Shown in pieces: positions 19,762 through 28,406 of a stretch of DNA of 64,000 nt (its first letter is position 1; every line of letters starts with the position of its first letter). The stretch is taken from NCBI GenBank assembly GCA_964343575.1, contig CAYFJV010000002.1:2285-66284 (forward strand). The letters run 5' to 3'. The translations under genes and the position numbers were made by a program. Origin of the DNA: an uncultured Methanosarcinales archaeon (GTDB lineage: Archaea > Nanobdellota > Nanobdellia > Woesearchaeales > GW2011-AR9). Below the pieces are notes generated by a model. That model ran no database searches, had not been told where the DNA came from, and saw nothing but the letters and a program-made list of their open reading frames with translations.

Positions 19762-20213
19762 AAAGAATACTTCTCAAACTTGTAGACTTCTAAATTAAAT
19801 GAAGTTTTCCAATCTGAAATGATATGTTTGAACTTTTCTCGAATGGAATAGATGAGATCGTTAAGTTCTCTTCCTGTTTTTGCAATAAGTACACAGGTAA
19901 AGTCGTACTCTCCAGAGCTTGCTATCACCGTAGTACAAGCATCAAGCTCAGAGAGATAAGCGATAAACTTTCTTCTTTCTTCTTGTGTGATGTTGCTTAC
20001 CTTTATCTTATTATCAACCACGTATTCATATCCAAGGGCAGTTGGATTGATGAAGGCTCCAAGGTGGATAATCTCTGCTTTTTTGAGCTTGTCTATACGG
20101 TTTTTGGTGGCATCTATAGAGAGATTGATCTTCTTTCCAAGCTCACGAAGCGTAATTCTCGAGTCTTCTTGGAGGTATTCCAAAATCATTTTGTCTTTTT
20201 TGTCCATAAGCAA
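19758..20213 (-). CDS. lrp: Lrp/AsnC family transcriptional regulator
   Basis: 151 aa; N-term HTH MILEYLQEDSRITLRELGKKINLS plus RAM domain. Confidence 0.75.
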   Translation of the reverse strand: MLMDKKDKMILEYLQEDSRITLRELGKKINLSIDATKNRIDKLKKAEIIHLGAFINPTALGYEYVVDNKIKVSNITQEERRKFIAYLSELDACTTVIASSGEYDFTCVLIAKTGRELNDLIYSIREKFKHIISDWKTSFNLEVYKFEKYSF

Positions 20214-20225
20214 GAATTGTTCTTG

Positions 20226-20283
20226 TTTTTTATAAATTTTTCTTAATAATTCGTGTTTCTCTTGGGAAAGGTATTTAAATGGG
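20226..20283. promoter_or_regulatory. divergent promoter region: TTTATAAA (20231-20238) for lrp, ATTTAAAT (20273-20280) for the peptide operon
   Basis: AT-rich TATA boxes about 20-40 nt from the respective start codons. Confidence 0.4.
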
Positions 20284-20317
20284 GGCGGGCGAACGGTTAC
20301 TACTAAAAGGTGAAAAT

Positions 20318-20422
20318 ATGAAAGATATGATGGATAGCTATTTGGAAGTGAAAAGCAGGTGTGCAGTTACTGCCACTTTGTTGGGAGAAGGTAGCAAAGA
20401 CTCAACTAAGCTTCTTGTTTGA
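20318..20422 (+). CDS. 34-aa small ORF MKDMMDSYLEVKSRCAVTATLLGEGSKDSTKLLV heading the operon (candidate precursor or leader peptide)
   Basis: own TATA (20273-20280) and strong SD aaaGGTGAaaat 6-7 nt upstream of ATG; below the ORF-track cutoff. Confidence 0.35.
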   Translation: MKDMMDSYLEVKSRCAVTATLLGEGSKDSTKLLV

Positions 20423-20457
20423 TAGAAGTTTGCTTAGCTCCGCTTGCATTAGAGAAA

Positions 20458-21471
20458 ATGGAAGAGATAAAACACCCACAGTGGTTTATACCAAAGGGGA
20501 CCCATATTAATGAGAGAGCTACTGCCAAGCATAATCCAGAATATGTTGATTTTGCTAGGAAAAGGTTGACTCGCTTTATTCTTGATGAAGCAAGAAGAAT
20601 TACTCAGCGCTCAGATGAACTTCTTCTTCTTCTCCCCTTATCTGGAGGGGTAGACTCAACAGTTCTTACTTATCTTGCAATAGAGGCCATAGAAGAAGGA
20701 CTTAAAGAAGGTGAGATAAAGAAAGGATCTCTTGAGTTAGTAACTTGCACTTGGGATGATGTTTCTCAAACAGATCTTGAACTTGCAGAGTTAGTTGCAG
20801 GAGAGGTAGAAAGACCCTATGTCAGCCACCGCACGAAAGATATCTCTAAGCAACTTAGGGGCACCCAAGAATTGATTCAGGGTTTTTCCGCCGAGGCAGG
20901 CATTCCCTTGCAATACCACACCCAAACAGTAAACAGAATAATTACAAATCTTTGTATGGGTGTTGCTGACGGAGGAGCTTATTGCGCAATTGATCCGACA
21001 AATGCAACCGAGTTTGTCCTTGGGGAAGTTGTTTTAGGATCACGTAAAGACATGGGCCCCTTAGGAGATCTTTGGAAAACGCACGTTTATGATTTGGGAG
21101 ATCTTCTTGGCATTCCAAGAAGAGTTGTTGATGATGGAGCAATACACTCTACTTTTGGAAAAAGAAAAACTGACCTCTACTTTGAAGACCCATTAGATAA
21201 TCCTTTCACGACAGATCGTGAATTTTTTGCTGCTTTAGATATGGCAATACATTATCTTATTGATCAGAGTGAGGATGAGAATGTTTCTCGTCGAAAACAA
21301 CTTGCAGCAAAGTTAGGTCATGATCAGGCTTTTCTGGACGGAATAATGAGAAGATACGAGCTAAACGAGTATCGATGGAACCCAAGAAGAACTGGCCTGA
21401 ACCCTTACGTTCCAGGAACAGATCCTGTAAGTGAAGAACTATTTAGCAAAAGTTTTGCATTGGAGGTATGA
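20458..21471 (+). CDS. divergent NAD+ synthetase-like PP-loop ATP pyrophosphatase
   Basis: LLLLPLSGGVDSTV (SGGxDS PP-loop); GPLGDLWKTHVYDLGDLLGIP resembles NadE P2 region; ORF-track start 20419 is non-ATG, first ATG at 20458. Confidence 0.5.
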   Translation: MEEIKHPQWFIPKGTHINERATAKHNPEYVDFARKRLTRFILDEARRITQRSDELLLLLPLSGGVDSTVLTYLAIEAIEEGLKEGEIKKGSLELVTCTWDDVSQTDLELAELVAGEVERPYVSHRTKDISKQLRGTQELIQGFSAEAGIPLQYHTQTVNRIITNLCMGVADGGAYCAIDPTNATEFVLGEVVLGSRKDMGPLGDLWKTHVYDLGDLLGIPRRVVDDGAIHSTFGKRKTDLYFEDPLDNPFTTDREFFAALDMAIHYLIDQSEDENVSRRKQLAAKLGHDQAFLDGIMRRYELNEYRWNPRRTGLNPYVPGTDPVSEELFSKSFALEV

Positions 21472-21992
21472 AAATGAAACAAAAAACAAACCAGGGATGT
21501 CTTGCTATAAACATGATCTCCCTACTGAAGGAACTTGGAGAAAAGGTTGACTTTTCAGAGGAGCAAGAGATACTTAATGCCGCGCAGGTTAAACACCGTG
21601 AAGATTTTTGGATGGGTCATCTTATTGTTATGGCTAAAAGGTTTCCAGAAAGGAAGTTTAGAGTTTATGTTAGTGATAAAGAATATGCAGATTTCATTAA
21701 TGAAGGAACTCCAGAGAATGTGCTTGTTGAAGCCTACAAAATGAGCTCTGCTTTTTTCGATGGCCTGCTTGAGAGGGGACCAGTGATTACCTACATTTGT
21801 GCAGTACTTAGTGGAGAGGGCTACTTCAATCCCCATGTAGTTATCACAAAAAGAAAAACAGATGCAGGCTATGAAGTGTATGATCCTTGGGTTGGAGAGG
21901 TGGATTTGCGCGAGCCTTACCTCTTTTTTGCAGAGATTGCACTTTTAGAGCATGGTATGCATTGGGCAGGAAAATTTTTGACAATTGAATAA
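21468..21992 (+). CDS. papain-like cysteine peptidase, C39 (bacteriocin-processing)-like, standalone
   Basis: 174 aa; Q-x-GCLAINMISLL (oxyanion Gln + catalytic Cys) and NPHVVITKRKTDAGYEVYDPWVG (His/Asp block); ATGA overlap with upstream gene. Confidence 0.5.
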   Translation: MKMKQKTNQGCLAINMISLLKELGEKVDFSEEQEILNAAQVKHREDFWMGHLIVMAKRFPERKFRVYVSDKEYADFINEGTPENVLVEAYKMSSAFFDGLLERGPVITYICAVLSGEGYFNPHVVITKRKTDAGYEVYDPWVGEVDLREPYLFFAEIALLEHGMHWAGKFLTIE

Positions 21993-22494
21993 GAAGAAAA
22001 TGCAAAGGATAAACTTGTTTGAGGACGTGTACACCATCCAGAGGATAATTGATGGAAGAGTTTCACCCCGTGGACAAGCAAATCTTCCCGAGGAGCGCCT
22101 GCCTTGGACAAGACGTCTTCTTAGTTCTAGCTATGTTCATTGGGGCGACAACGAAGTAACTTTCGTTAGCAAACACCCAAGAGGAAGAACTTACTTGCTG
22201 AAGCCTTTCTCTCATGATGAAGTAAGTGGAGTGAGAGGGAAAGGCTTTGTAAGAAAAGGAGACCTTTGGGTGCCAGAGAGCGACACAGTAGAACAGATAG
22301 TGACCTTTCTTTCTGGAAGAAGAGTCGATCAACTTCAAGGCTATCTGAATCGTTACTCGATAGAAAGAGTAATGCCCCTACACTTTGAATTCTCTGGAGA
22401 AGAAATACAAAGAATCTATCTTGATGGAGAACCGGATTCTGCACTTTACGCGGACACATTTTCTTTGCTTGTAGAGAGCCAGGTTTTAAGCTGA
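21985..22494 (+). CDS. hypothetical protein, last gene of the peptide/PP-loop/peptidase operon
   Basis: 169 aa; 8-nt overlap with upstream gene; no motif recognised. Confidence 0.4.
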   Translation: MNKKKMQRINLFEDVYTIQRIIDGRVSPRGQANLPEERLPWTRRLLSSSYVHWGDNEVTFVSKHPRGRTYLLKPFSHDEVSGVRGKGFVRKGDLWVPESDTVEQIVTFLSGRRVDQLQGYLNRYSIERVMPLHFEFSGEEIQRIYLDGEPDSALYADTFSLLVESQVLS

Positions 22495-22503
22495 AGAAGT
22501 AAG

Positions 22504-22576
22504 AGCCCCTGGTGGGAGTTGAACCCACGATCTTTCGCTTACGAGGCGAACGCATTAGCCGCTATGCTACAGAGGC
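22504..22576 (-). tRNA. tRNA-Thr (anticodon CGU)
   Basis: rc: GCCTCTG-TA-GCAT-AGCGGCTA-ATGC-G-TTCGC-CTCGTAA-GCGAA-AGATC-GTGGG-TTCAACT-CCCAC-CAGGGGC-T; all stems pair; U73 discriminator; CCA not encoded; TATA about 25-30 nt upstream. Confidence 0.85.
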
Positions 22577-22663
22577 AAGCTAAACCTGAGAAGATCTTTC
22601 TTGATTTAATTTAAAATTTTCCTCGACAATATTTAAAACTAAACCATAGAAATCAACTAAATT

Positions 22664-23143
22664 ATGGAATTTTATGAAGCTGGAAGTCTGGCAGAAGTAG
22701 TTGAACATCTTCAAGAGAGACCCAACGTTACGAGTTGCATTGTACAAGACCAATCGAGAAGGGCCGATGCGAGAGCTGATCTTGCAGAAGAGGGAGTTCA
22801 TTACATTCTTTGTGATGATTTTGAGTATGGAGGCTATGTTATGATCTTTGACCTTGATAGTGAGACACATGGCTTTTTGGATGGGGAACAAGCATGTGCT
22901 ATTGATCTAGCAATACCAAGAGAAATTGGAACTGAAGGATATAGAGAGCTAGCAGAATTTCTTGTTGATAGAGGATACGATCGAGCTTACCTCAACGCAG
23001 CAATTACTTGGGTCCAAGATACATTTCCAGATGCTGAAATTTTTAGGCTTGATATTGTTGTCCCAGATCTTAGAGTGCTAAAACACTTTGAAGAAGGTTC
23101 TGGAGAGTATACATTAATTGACCTTCTTGCTCAAGAATCATGA
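22664..23143 (+). CDS. highly acidic hypothetical protein, halophile-like composition
   Basis: 159 aa, D/E-rich, K-poor; contrasts with Lys-rich neighbours. Confidence 0.45.
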   Translation: MEFYEAGSLAEVVEHLQERPNVTSCIVQDQSRRADARADLAEEGVHYILCDDFEYGGYVMIFDLDSETHGFLDGEQACAIDLAIPREIGTEGYRELAEFLVDRGYDRAYLNAAITWVQDTFPDAEIFRLDIVVPDLRVLKHFEEGSGEYTLIDLLAQES

Positions 23144-23218
23144 TGGATTAAACTCATTTCTAGGTCTTAGAAATTAACTTACTGGAAAGAGAGAGAGGGT
23201 TTCTAAAAAAGAAAAAAG

Positions 23219-23524
23219 TCAGTTCTCTTGTTCTGTGCAAAGAAGGCCAACTAAACCATTATGCACAGCCATTGCTTCTTCATCAGTAAGATCAACAAGC
23301 AAGTATGTTGTCCGAAGAAGATCGCCATCTTCCATCGGTGGAGGAGAATAATGAACGATTGCTTCACGATCTCCGATTAGTTGGGCTATATTACTTATCT
23401 GGGTCTCCTGCCCTGGTGCAGAGCCCCCATTAATAATTTCAGGACACCTATACGCGAACTTGACTGCCAAATCCCCCTCTCCAGAGACAGGGACCATTTT
23501 ATACGCAAAAATCTCTCTGACCAT
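23219..23524 (-). CDS. hypothetical protein
   Basis: 101-aa ORF, acidic; a hairpin (atttcta-ggtct-tagaaat, 23177-23195) separates it from the convergent gene. Confidence 0.4.
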   Translation of the reverse strand: MVREIFAYKMVPVSGEGDLAVKFAYRCPEIINGGSAPGQETQISNIAQLIGDREAIVHYSPPPMEDGDLLRTTYLLVDLTDEEAMAVHNGLVGLLCTEQEN

Positions 23525-23605
23525 ATTTTTCTTAGTAATGTCTTAGTTTAAACACATTATGTGCATCCAAAAGTAATATAAAAGCAGCTCCTTTAAAGTC
23601 GTCCT

Positions 23606-25381
23606 ATGAAAAAGCGTATCGCAGTCATTCACAAGGACAAATGTAACCCTATCGGTTGCGGCAATTATCTTTGCGCAAAACTTTGCCCAATTAACAGAAC
23701 TGGTGAAGAATGTGTCAAAACAGGAGATCCTGCTAGCGATAAAGCTGTCATTGATGAAGTACTCTGTACAGGTTGTGGTATCTGTCCTAAACGCTGTCCT
23801 TACGGAGCAATCGAGATCATTAATCTGCCTGCGGGTTTGGATAAGGATCCGATTCACAGGTATGGAGAGAACACTTTTGCTCTGTTCTCTTTGCCTACAC
23901 CCTTGTTTGGGAAGATTGTTGGTCTGCTCGGAAAAAACGGAATTGGAAAATCTACTGCCTTTAAGGTGCTTGGTGGCATCGTTAAGGCTAACCTTGGAAA
24001 ATGGGATGCCGAAGTAAGCGATAAAGAAGTTCTGAAATACTTTAAAGGCACCGAGATGCAAAAGTACCTTGAGCAGCTTCAGAAAGGCAAAGTTACTTTA
24101 AGTTACAAACCACAGCAAGTCGAATTTATTCCAAAACAATTCAAGGGGACTGTTCGTGAACTGTTAAGCAAAGCAGATAAGGTCGGTAAAGGGCGTGTTA
24201 AAAAGGTAAGTGGGGCGCTTGATCTTGCACGTTTTATGGATACTTCCGTTACAAAAGTCTCTGGAGGGGAGCTACAGCGAGTTGCCATTGCTGCTGCAGT
24301 TTTGAAAGGAGCAAACTTGACTTTGTTTGATGAGCCTTCTTCTTATCTTGATATTAAACAACGTGTGAAAGTATCTAACTTTATTCGAAGTTTATCTTCT
24401 GAGGATAATGCTGTTATGGTCATTGAGCACGACTTGATCATTTTAGATTTTATGACAGACCTTTTGAATATCATGTATGGACATGATTCAGTTTACGGTG
24501 TTGTAAGTGGAGTAAAAAGCTCTCGTGAAGGGATTAACTCTTTTTTAGAAGGTTATTTGCGTGAAGAAAACGTACGTTTTCGTAGCTCTGCACTGAAGTT
24601 TGATGCAGGAGTTGAAAGTAGCACTGCAATCTTGCAGCCACTTACTGGTTGGAAGGATGTTTCTTTGGAGTTAGGCAAATTTTCTTTGAGTGCTAAGAGC
24701 GGCGAGTTAAACAAGAATGAGATTATTGGTATTCTAGGAGAGAATGGAACTGGAAAAAGTTCTTTTGTACGCTTTTTAGCTGGAGAATTTGATGCTAATT
24801 CTGGTTTAGTAAGTGAAAAAGTAGAAGTCTCTTACAAACCCCAATATTTAGATTTTAGCGAGGACGAGCGACTTGTTGTTGAGTTCTTGTCCGATGCTGT
24901 TGCTAATCATGAGCTGCAATTAATTAAACCACTTGACTTAGAAAAGTTGTACACGAAAAAGTTGAATCAATTATCTGGAGGAGAGCTGCAACGTGTAGTA
25001 GTTGCACATTGTTTAAGCAAAGATGCCGAGTTGTTCTTGTTAGACGAGCCTTCTGCTTATCTTGATATCGAACAAAGAATGCTTGTTGCAAAGGTCATTA
25101 AGCGAGTTTCGCGCGAGCGAGAAGTAACAGTGCTTGTTGTTGATCATGATATGATGTTTTTAGATTACCTTGCTGACCGCTTACTTGTCTTTGGGGGAGA
25201 GCCGGCCATCTCTGGAACTGTTGTTGGTCCGCTCTCTAAAGAAGAAGGAATGAACGAGTTTTTGAAAAGTTTAGATATTACTTTGCGTCGTGATCCTCAC
25301 TCTGGGCGTCCTCGAATTAACAAGCCGGGAAGCGTTAAAGATCGTGAGCAGAAGGCGAGTGGGAAACGGTATTATTCTTAG
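23606..25381 (+). CDS. abcE1: ABCE1 (RNase L inhibitor) ribosome-recycling ATPase
   Basis: 591 aa; N-term CNPIGCGNYLCAKLCP + CTGCGICPKRCP Fe-S domains; two ABC cassettes (GKNGIGKST, GENGTGKSS, LSGGELQR x2). Confidence 0.85.
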   Translation: MKKRIAVIHKDKCNPIGCGNYLCAKLCPINRTGEECVKTGDPASDKAVIDEVLCTGCGICPKRCPYGAIEIINLPAGLDKDPIHRYGENTFALFSLPTPLFGKIVGLLGKNGIGKSTAFKVLGGIVKANLGKWDAEVSDKEVLKYFKGTEMQKYLEQLQKGKVTLSYKPQQVEFIPKQFKGTVRELLSKADKVGKGRVKKVSGALDLARFMDTSVTKVSGGELQRVAIAAAVLKGANLTLFDEPSSYLDIKQRVKVSNFIRSLSSEDNAVMVIEHDLIILDFMTDLLNIMYGHDSVYGVVSGVKSSREGINSFLEGYLREENVRFRSSALKFDAGVESSTAILQPLTGWKDVSLELGKFSLSAKSGELNKNEIIGILGENGTGKSSFVRFLAGEFDANSGLVSEKVEVSYKPQYLDFSEDERLVVEFLSDAVANHELQLIKPLDLEKLYTKKLNQLSGGELQRVVVAHCLSKDAELFLLDEPSAYLDIEQRMLVAKVIKRVSREREVTVLVVDHDMMFLDYLADRLLVFGGEPAISGTVVGPLSKEEGMNEFLKSLDITLRRDPHSGRPRINKPGSVKDREQKASGKRYYS

Positions 25382-25973
25382 GACCATAAACTCCTTTGGT
25401 GTTGCGAAAACGTGTGAGATAACCATTATCTTGTTCTAGAATTTTTCTTGTTAATTCTGTTTCAGGCACTCTTTGGAAACGAGAAGGATGAAGCTGTTCT
25501 TTACCTTCACCGATTAGATACCTTGAAACTAAGCTCAAGTGACCCCAGTTCAAAACTGATCTTTGTGGATCATTCCCAGGGAAAAATCCTTGATCCTGCA
25601 CAACTTGATACAACACATCTGTGTTTCTTCCAGAGTATAAAGCAAGGACTTCAGGAGCTTCCTCTAAAGGGAGGAAAGGTCGTCTTGCTAATCTCACCAA
25701 ATCTACCAATCTTGAATTTGTTGCTCGCAATACCTCAAAATAAGGTGCATCATCATCAATATCTAAAGGACTTAAAACGTAGAAATAAGCTGGTTCAAAA
25801 ACCCTCATCCAAAGTGGGTCCGGCTCATCACTTCTAAGCTGTTCAGCAATATACTGGCGCATACGCTCTTCAATTGCGGCAGGAGAATTATCCATTCCTT
25901 GCACTTGGGCTGCCCGAGCATTCATCTCCCTAGAAAATTGGCTTTTTCTTAAAAACTTTTGTTTAAATTTCAA
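25335..25973 (-). CDS. hypothetical protein, Arg/Pro/Asp-rich (atypical composition); 3' end overlaps ABCE1 by 47 nt on the opposite strand
   Basis: 212-aa ORF; likely true start further in (MNARAAQ...); no domain recognised. Confidence 0.35.
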   Translation of the reverse strand: MKFKQKFLRKSQFSREMNARAAQVQGMDNSPAAIEERMRQYIAEQLRSDEPDPLWMRVFEPAYFYVLSPLDIDDDAPYFEVLRATNSRLVDLVRLARRPFLPLEEAPEVLALYSGRNTDVLYQVVQDQGFFPGNDPQRSVLNWGHLSLVSRYLIGEGKEQLHPSRFQRVPETELTRKILEQDNGYLTRFRNTKGVYGPKNNTVSHSPSAHDL

Positions 25974-26084
25974 AAAATAATTTCTTTTTTGTTTTGTTTA
26001 AGAAAAAGATCCTTGCTTTTGGTTAAAATTAACAGACTAAATAAGGAGTATGAAAAAAAGGTTGTAAAAAAAGAAAAAGAGAGT

Positions 26085-26537
26085 TTATCTCACAAAGATT
26101 ACTCCTTGCAAGACATGAGTCATTTCAGGATCTTCAACTTCATCATCCATATCACGATCTTCGCGGTGAAACTGACTTACATAGTAGTAGTCACCAGCTT
26201 CAGTAAAAGTGTGAGAGATGATTGCACCGTCAGGTAACTCTGCAACGAATTCGCCGCCAGTAAAGTCAATGCTATAATGCACATCGTCTTTGTTGACCCA
26301 CTCAACGGTGTCGCCAACATTGATGGTTAAATCAGTTGGCATAAAGTTGTATCCTTCAATAACTACGGTGTTTATACTTCCAGTGTTAGCCGAAGCATCA
26401 CCTGCGACAATTACAGTAGTTTCGTGCTCTTGTTCAACAGTCACTTCTTCTGCTGGCATTCCAGCAAGCAAGAAAGCAACAACGACTAAAGCAAGGGCTA
26501 AAACCACAGTCGCGCCAATAAGTGCTTTTGTTTTCAT
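26085..26537 (-). CDS. membrane-anchored cupredoxin-fold protein lacking the copper-ligand Cys
   Basis: 150 aa; N-term TM; GYNFMPTDLTINVGDTVEWVN...HYSIDF...GDYYYVSQFH resembles plastocyanin/amicyanin strands, but with Ser where the Cys ligand sits. Confidence 0.45.
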   Translation of the reverse strand: MKTKALIGATVVLALALVVVAFLLAGMPAEEVTVEQEHETTVIVAGDASANTGSINTVVIEGYNFMPTDLTINVGDTVEWVNKDDVHYSIDFTGGEFVAELPDGAIISHTFTEAGDYYYVSQFHREDRDMDDEVEDPEMTHVLQGVIFVR

Positions 26538-26672
26538 GAGTATAACCTCTATTCTTTGAGATTTTAGTACCCAAAAGGAGTAACATTATAAATCTTTCCT
26601 AGAAAAAGGCTAGCCAGCGGCGAAAAACTCCAAAAAAAAGAGTAAATTAAGAAAAAAAAGGCCAAAATGGGC

Positions 26673-27002
26673 CTAAAGGTTGATCTTATCTGCAAATTGC
26701 CCGATAAGAGGTAGTGGTTTTTCTTTGCCAGAAAGCGCATAAACCCATCCAAGCACCCAGAAGACCAAAGAGATGATCCATCCTACAATTGGAATAAAGG
26801 ATACAATCACACTAAAGATGAAAAGTACCAGACTTTGCTTTGCATAATACATTGCATAACTGTTATCTCTTTTAGCAAGAAGGACAATAAGAAATCCTAA
26901 GATACCAAAAAACATAGCAATAAATGCCCAAATTTTTCCTTCACTCACAACATTTGCACTAGAAGTTTTACTACTTGATTTTTTCTTTGCCATAAAATAC
27001 AC
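26673..27002 (-). CDS. small membrane protein (2 TM)
   Basis: 109 aa; two hydrophobic helices. Confidence 0.4.
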   Translation of the reverse strand: MYFMAKKKSSSKTSSANVVSEGKIWAFIAMFFGILGFLIVLLAKRDNSYAMYYAKQSLVLFIFSVIVSFIPIVGWIISLVFWVLGWVYALSGKEKPLPLIGQFADKINL

Positions 27003-27144
27003 CCCAATGAGCCAAGAGCGTTATGCTGCGCGCAGTGCTCCTTGGCTTGGTTAATGAGAGAAAGGATGGAAAAGATTCGTTATAAAGCTTTTCCTTATAT
27101 TTTGAGAAATTTGGGCGAGGATGCTTTGAAAGAAAAGAAAAAAA

Positions 27145-27504
27145 CTACATTTTGTTCCAATCACGCCAATACAAAATTGCGGTGATGATATGCAAAATCA
27201 TGGCTACGAGGGGAACCCAGCCAAGCGCAGCAGCAACAATTCCCATAACAGGTGCTGTTTTTTTAGCATCCTGTTTGTTGCCAAAAAGAAGTACAGCAAT
27301 ATGAAAAGCAAGATAGATTGGTAGAATGGTCCAAACAGTTGCAAGCACAACAATTGCTCCTAAAAGGGGAATTGCAAGTACGGTCTCTCCAATTGCTCCG
27401 ATTAATTTAAGATTCTTGAGAAACTCGTAATCAGGATCGCTCTTTTTTTGCCTGCTTACTCTTTTTTGCGTTTTGCTTTTTTTTGCTTTTATCTTTTTTG
27501 CCAT
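27145..27504 (-). CDS. small membrane protein (2-3 TM) with Lys-rich N-terminus
   Basis: start moved to MAKKIKAKK (rc 27502-27504) so as not to overlap lgt; ORF track gives 27145..27564. Confidence 0.4.
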   Translation of the reverse strand: MAKKIKAKKSKTQKRVSRQKKSDPDYEFLKNLKLIGAIGETVLAIPLLGAIVVLATVWTILPIYLAFHIAVLLFGNKQDAKKTAPVMGIVAAALGWVPLVAMILHIITAILYWRDWNKM

Positions 27505-27506
27505 GT

Positions 27507-28373
27507 TTAGTTTGTTTTCTTTAATCTTAATAATGCTTTCCAATCTTCTTGGTGATTCTTCCAAAAGAAGTAGAGGGCTACTGCCATCATTGTAATACTA
27601 AACCATTGTCCTGGTGTGAGCGTAACTGTTCTCACTGGATCAATTCTCCAAATGTCTAAGATAAGCCTTCCAAGCCCATCCCAAAACATAAAGTTCCAAA
27701 AGATGAAGCCGGGTTTGAACTGTTTTCTTAAGCTAGAGAAACTTAAGAAATAAAGCCAGCCAAAGACTGCAAAACGTTTTGCTGCAGCATAAAGTGGTGT
27801 TGGATGACGACAACCATCTGGAAGGTTTGTAATGTATTGATTTTGTGAAAAGTCCACACACCAGGAAACATTTGTGATTGGCCCATAGAGTTCTGCGTTA
27901 ATAAAATTAGCTACTCTTCCTACAGCAAGACCAAAAATTGCAGGTACTGCGAGCAAGTCTGCAAGCTCGAGGAAATTGAGTTCTTTCTTTTTGACATAGA
28001 TTGCTCCTGCGATGATAACTCCAACAAGCCCCCCATGAAAACTCATCCCACCGTTCCAAACCCTAAAAAATTCTAAAGGATCTTTAAGATAAAGTGTAGG
28101 TTCCCAAAAGACCAAGAAGAGTCTTGCACCAATGAGCGCGCCAAGCATTAAATAAAAGCCAAAGTCCCAAACCTCATCTGAAGTTAGTTTAAGCTCTCCT
28201 TTTTTTCTCCAGTACTGTAGCCACCAGATACAGAAGAAGAAACCGAATAAGTATGCTAAACCATACCAGCGTAGTTCGAGTGGGCCAAGAGTTAGGAGAA
28301 TTGGGTTGATATTATGGACGAACATGTCTGTTGCTTGAGTGTACTTGGTTATTAATCTTTTCTTTGAGTACAA
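27507..28373 (-). CDS. lgt: prolipoprotein diacylglyceryl transferase
   Basis: 288 aa; YGLAYLFGFFF..., HGGLVGVIIAG signature region of Lgt; polytopic. Confidence 0.7.
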   Translation of the reverse strand: MYSKKRLITKYTQATDMFVHNINPILLTLGPLELRWYGLAYLFGFFFCIWWLQYWRKKGELKLTSDEVWDFGFYLMLGALIGARLFLVFWEPTLYLKDPLEFFRVWNGGMSFHGGLVGVIIAGAIYVKKKELNFLELADLLAVPAIFGLAVGRVANFINAELYGPITNVSWCVDFSQNQYITNLPDGCRHPTPLYAAAKRFAVFGWLYFLSFSSLRKQFKPGFIFWNFMFWDGLGRLILDIWRIDPVRTVTLTPGQWFSITMMAVALYFFWKNHQEDWKALLRLKKTN

Positions 28374-28406
28374 AGCCTTTTATAGAAAGTAAGAGATAGC
28401 TTAGGT

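Noticed and set aside
23543-24061. 172-aa ORF antisense to the ABCE1 N-terminus
   Set aside because: It overlaps an unambiguous ABCE1 gene on the opposite strand, with no RBS, TATA or motif; it is a frame shadow.
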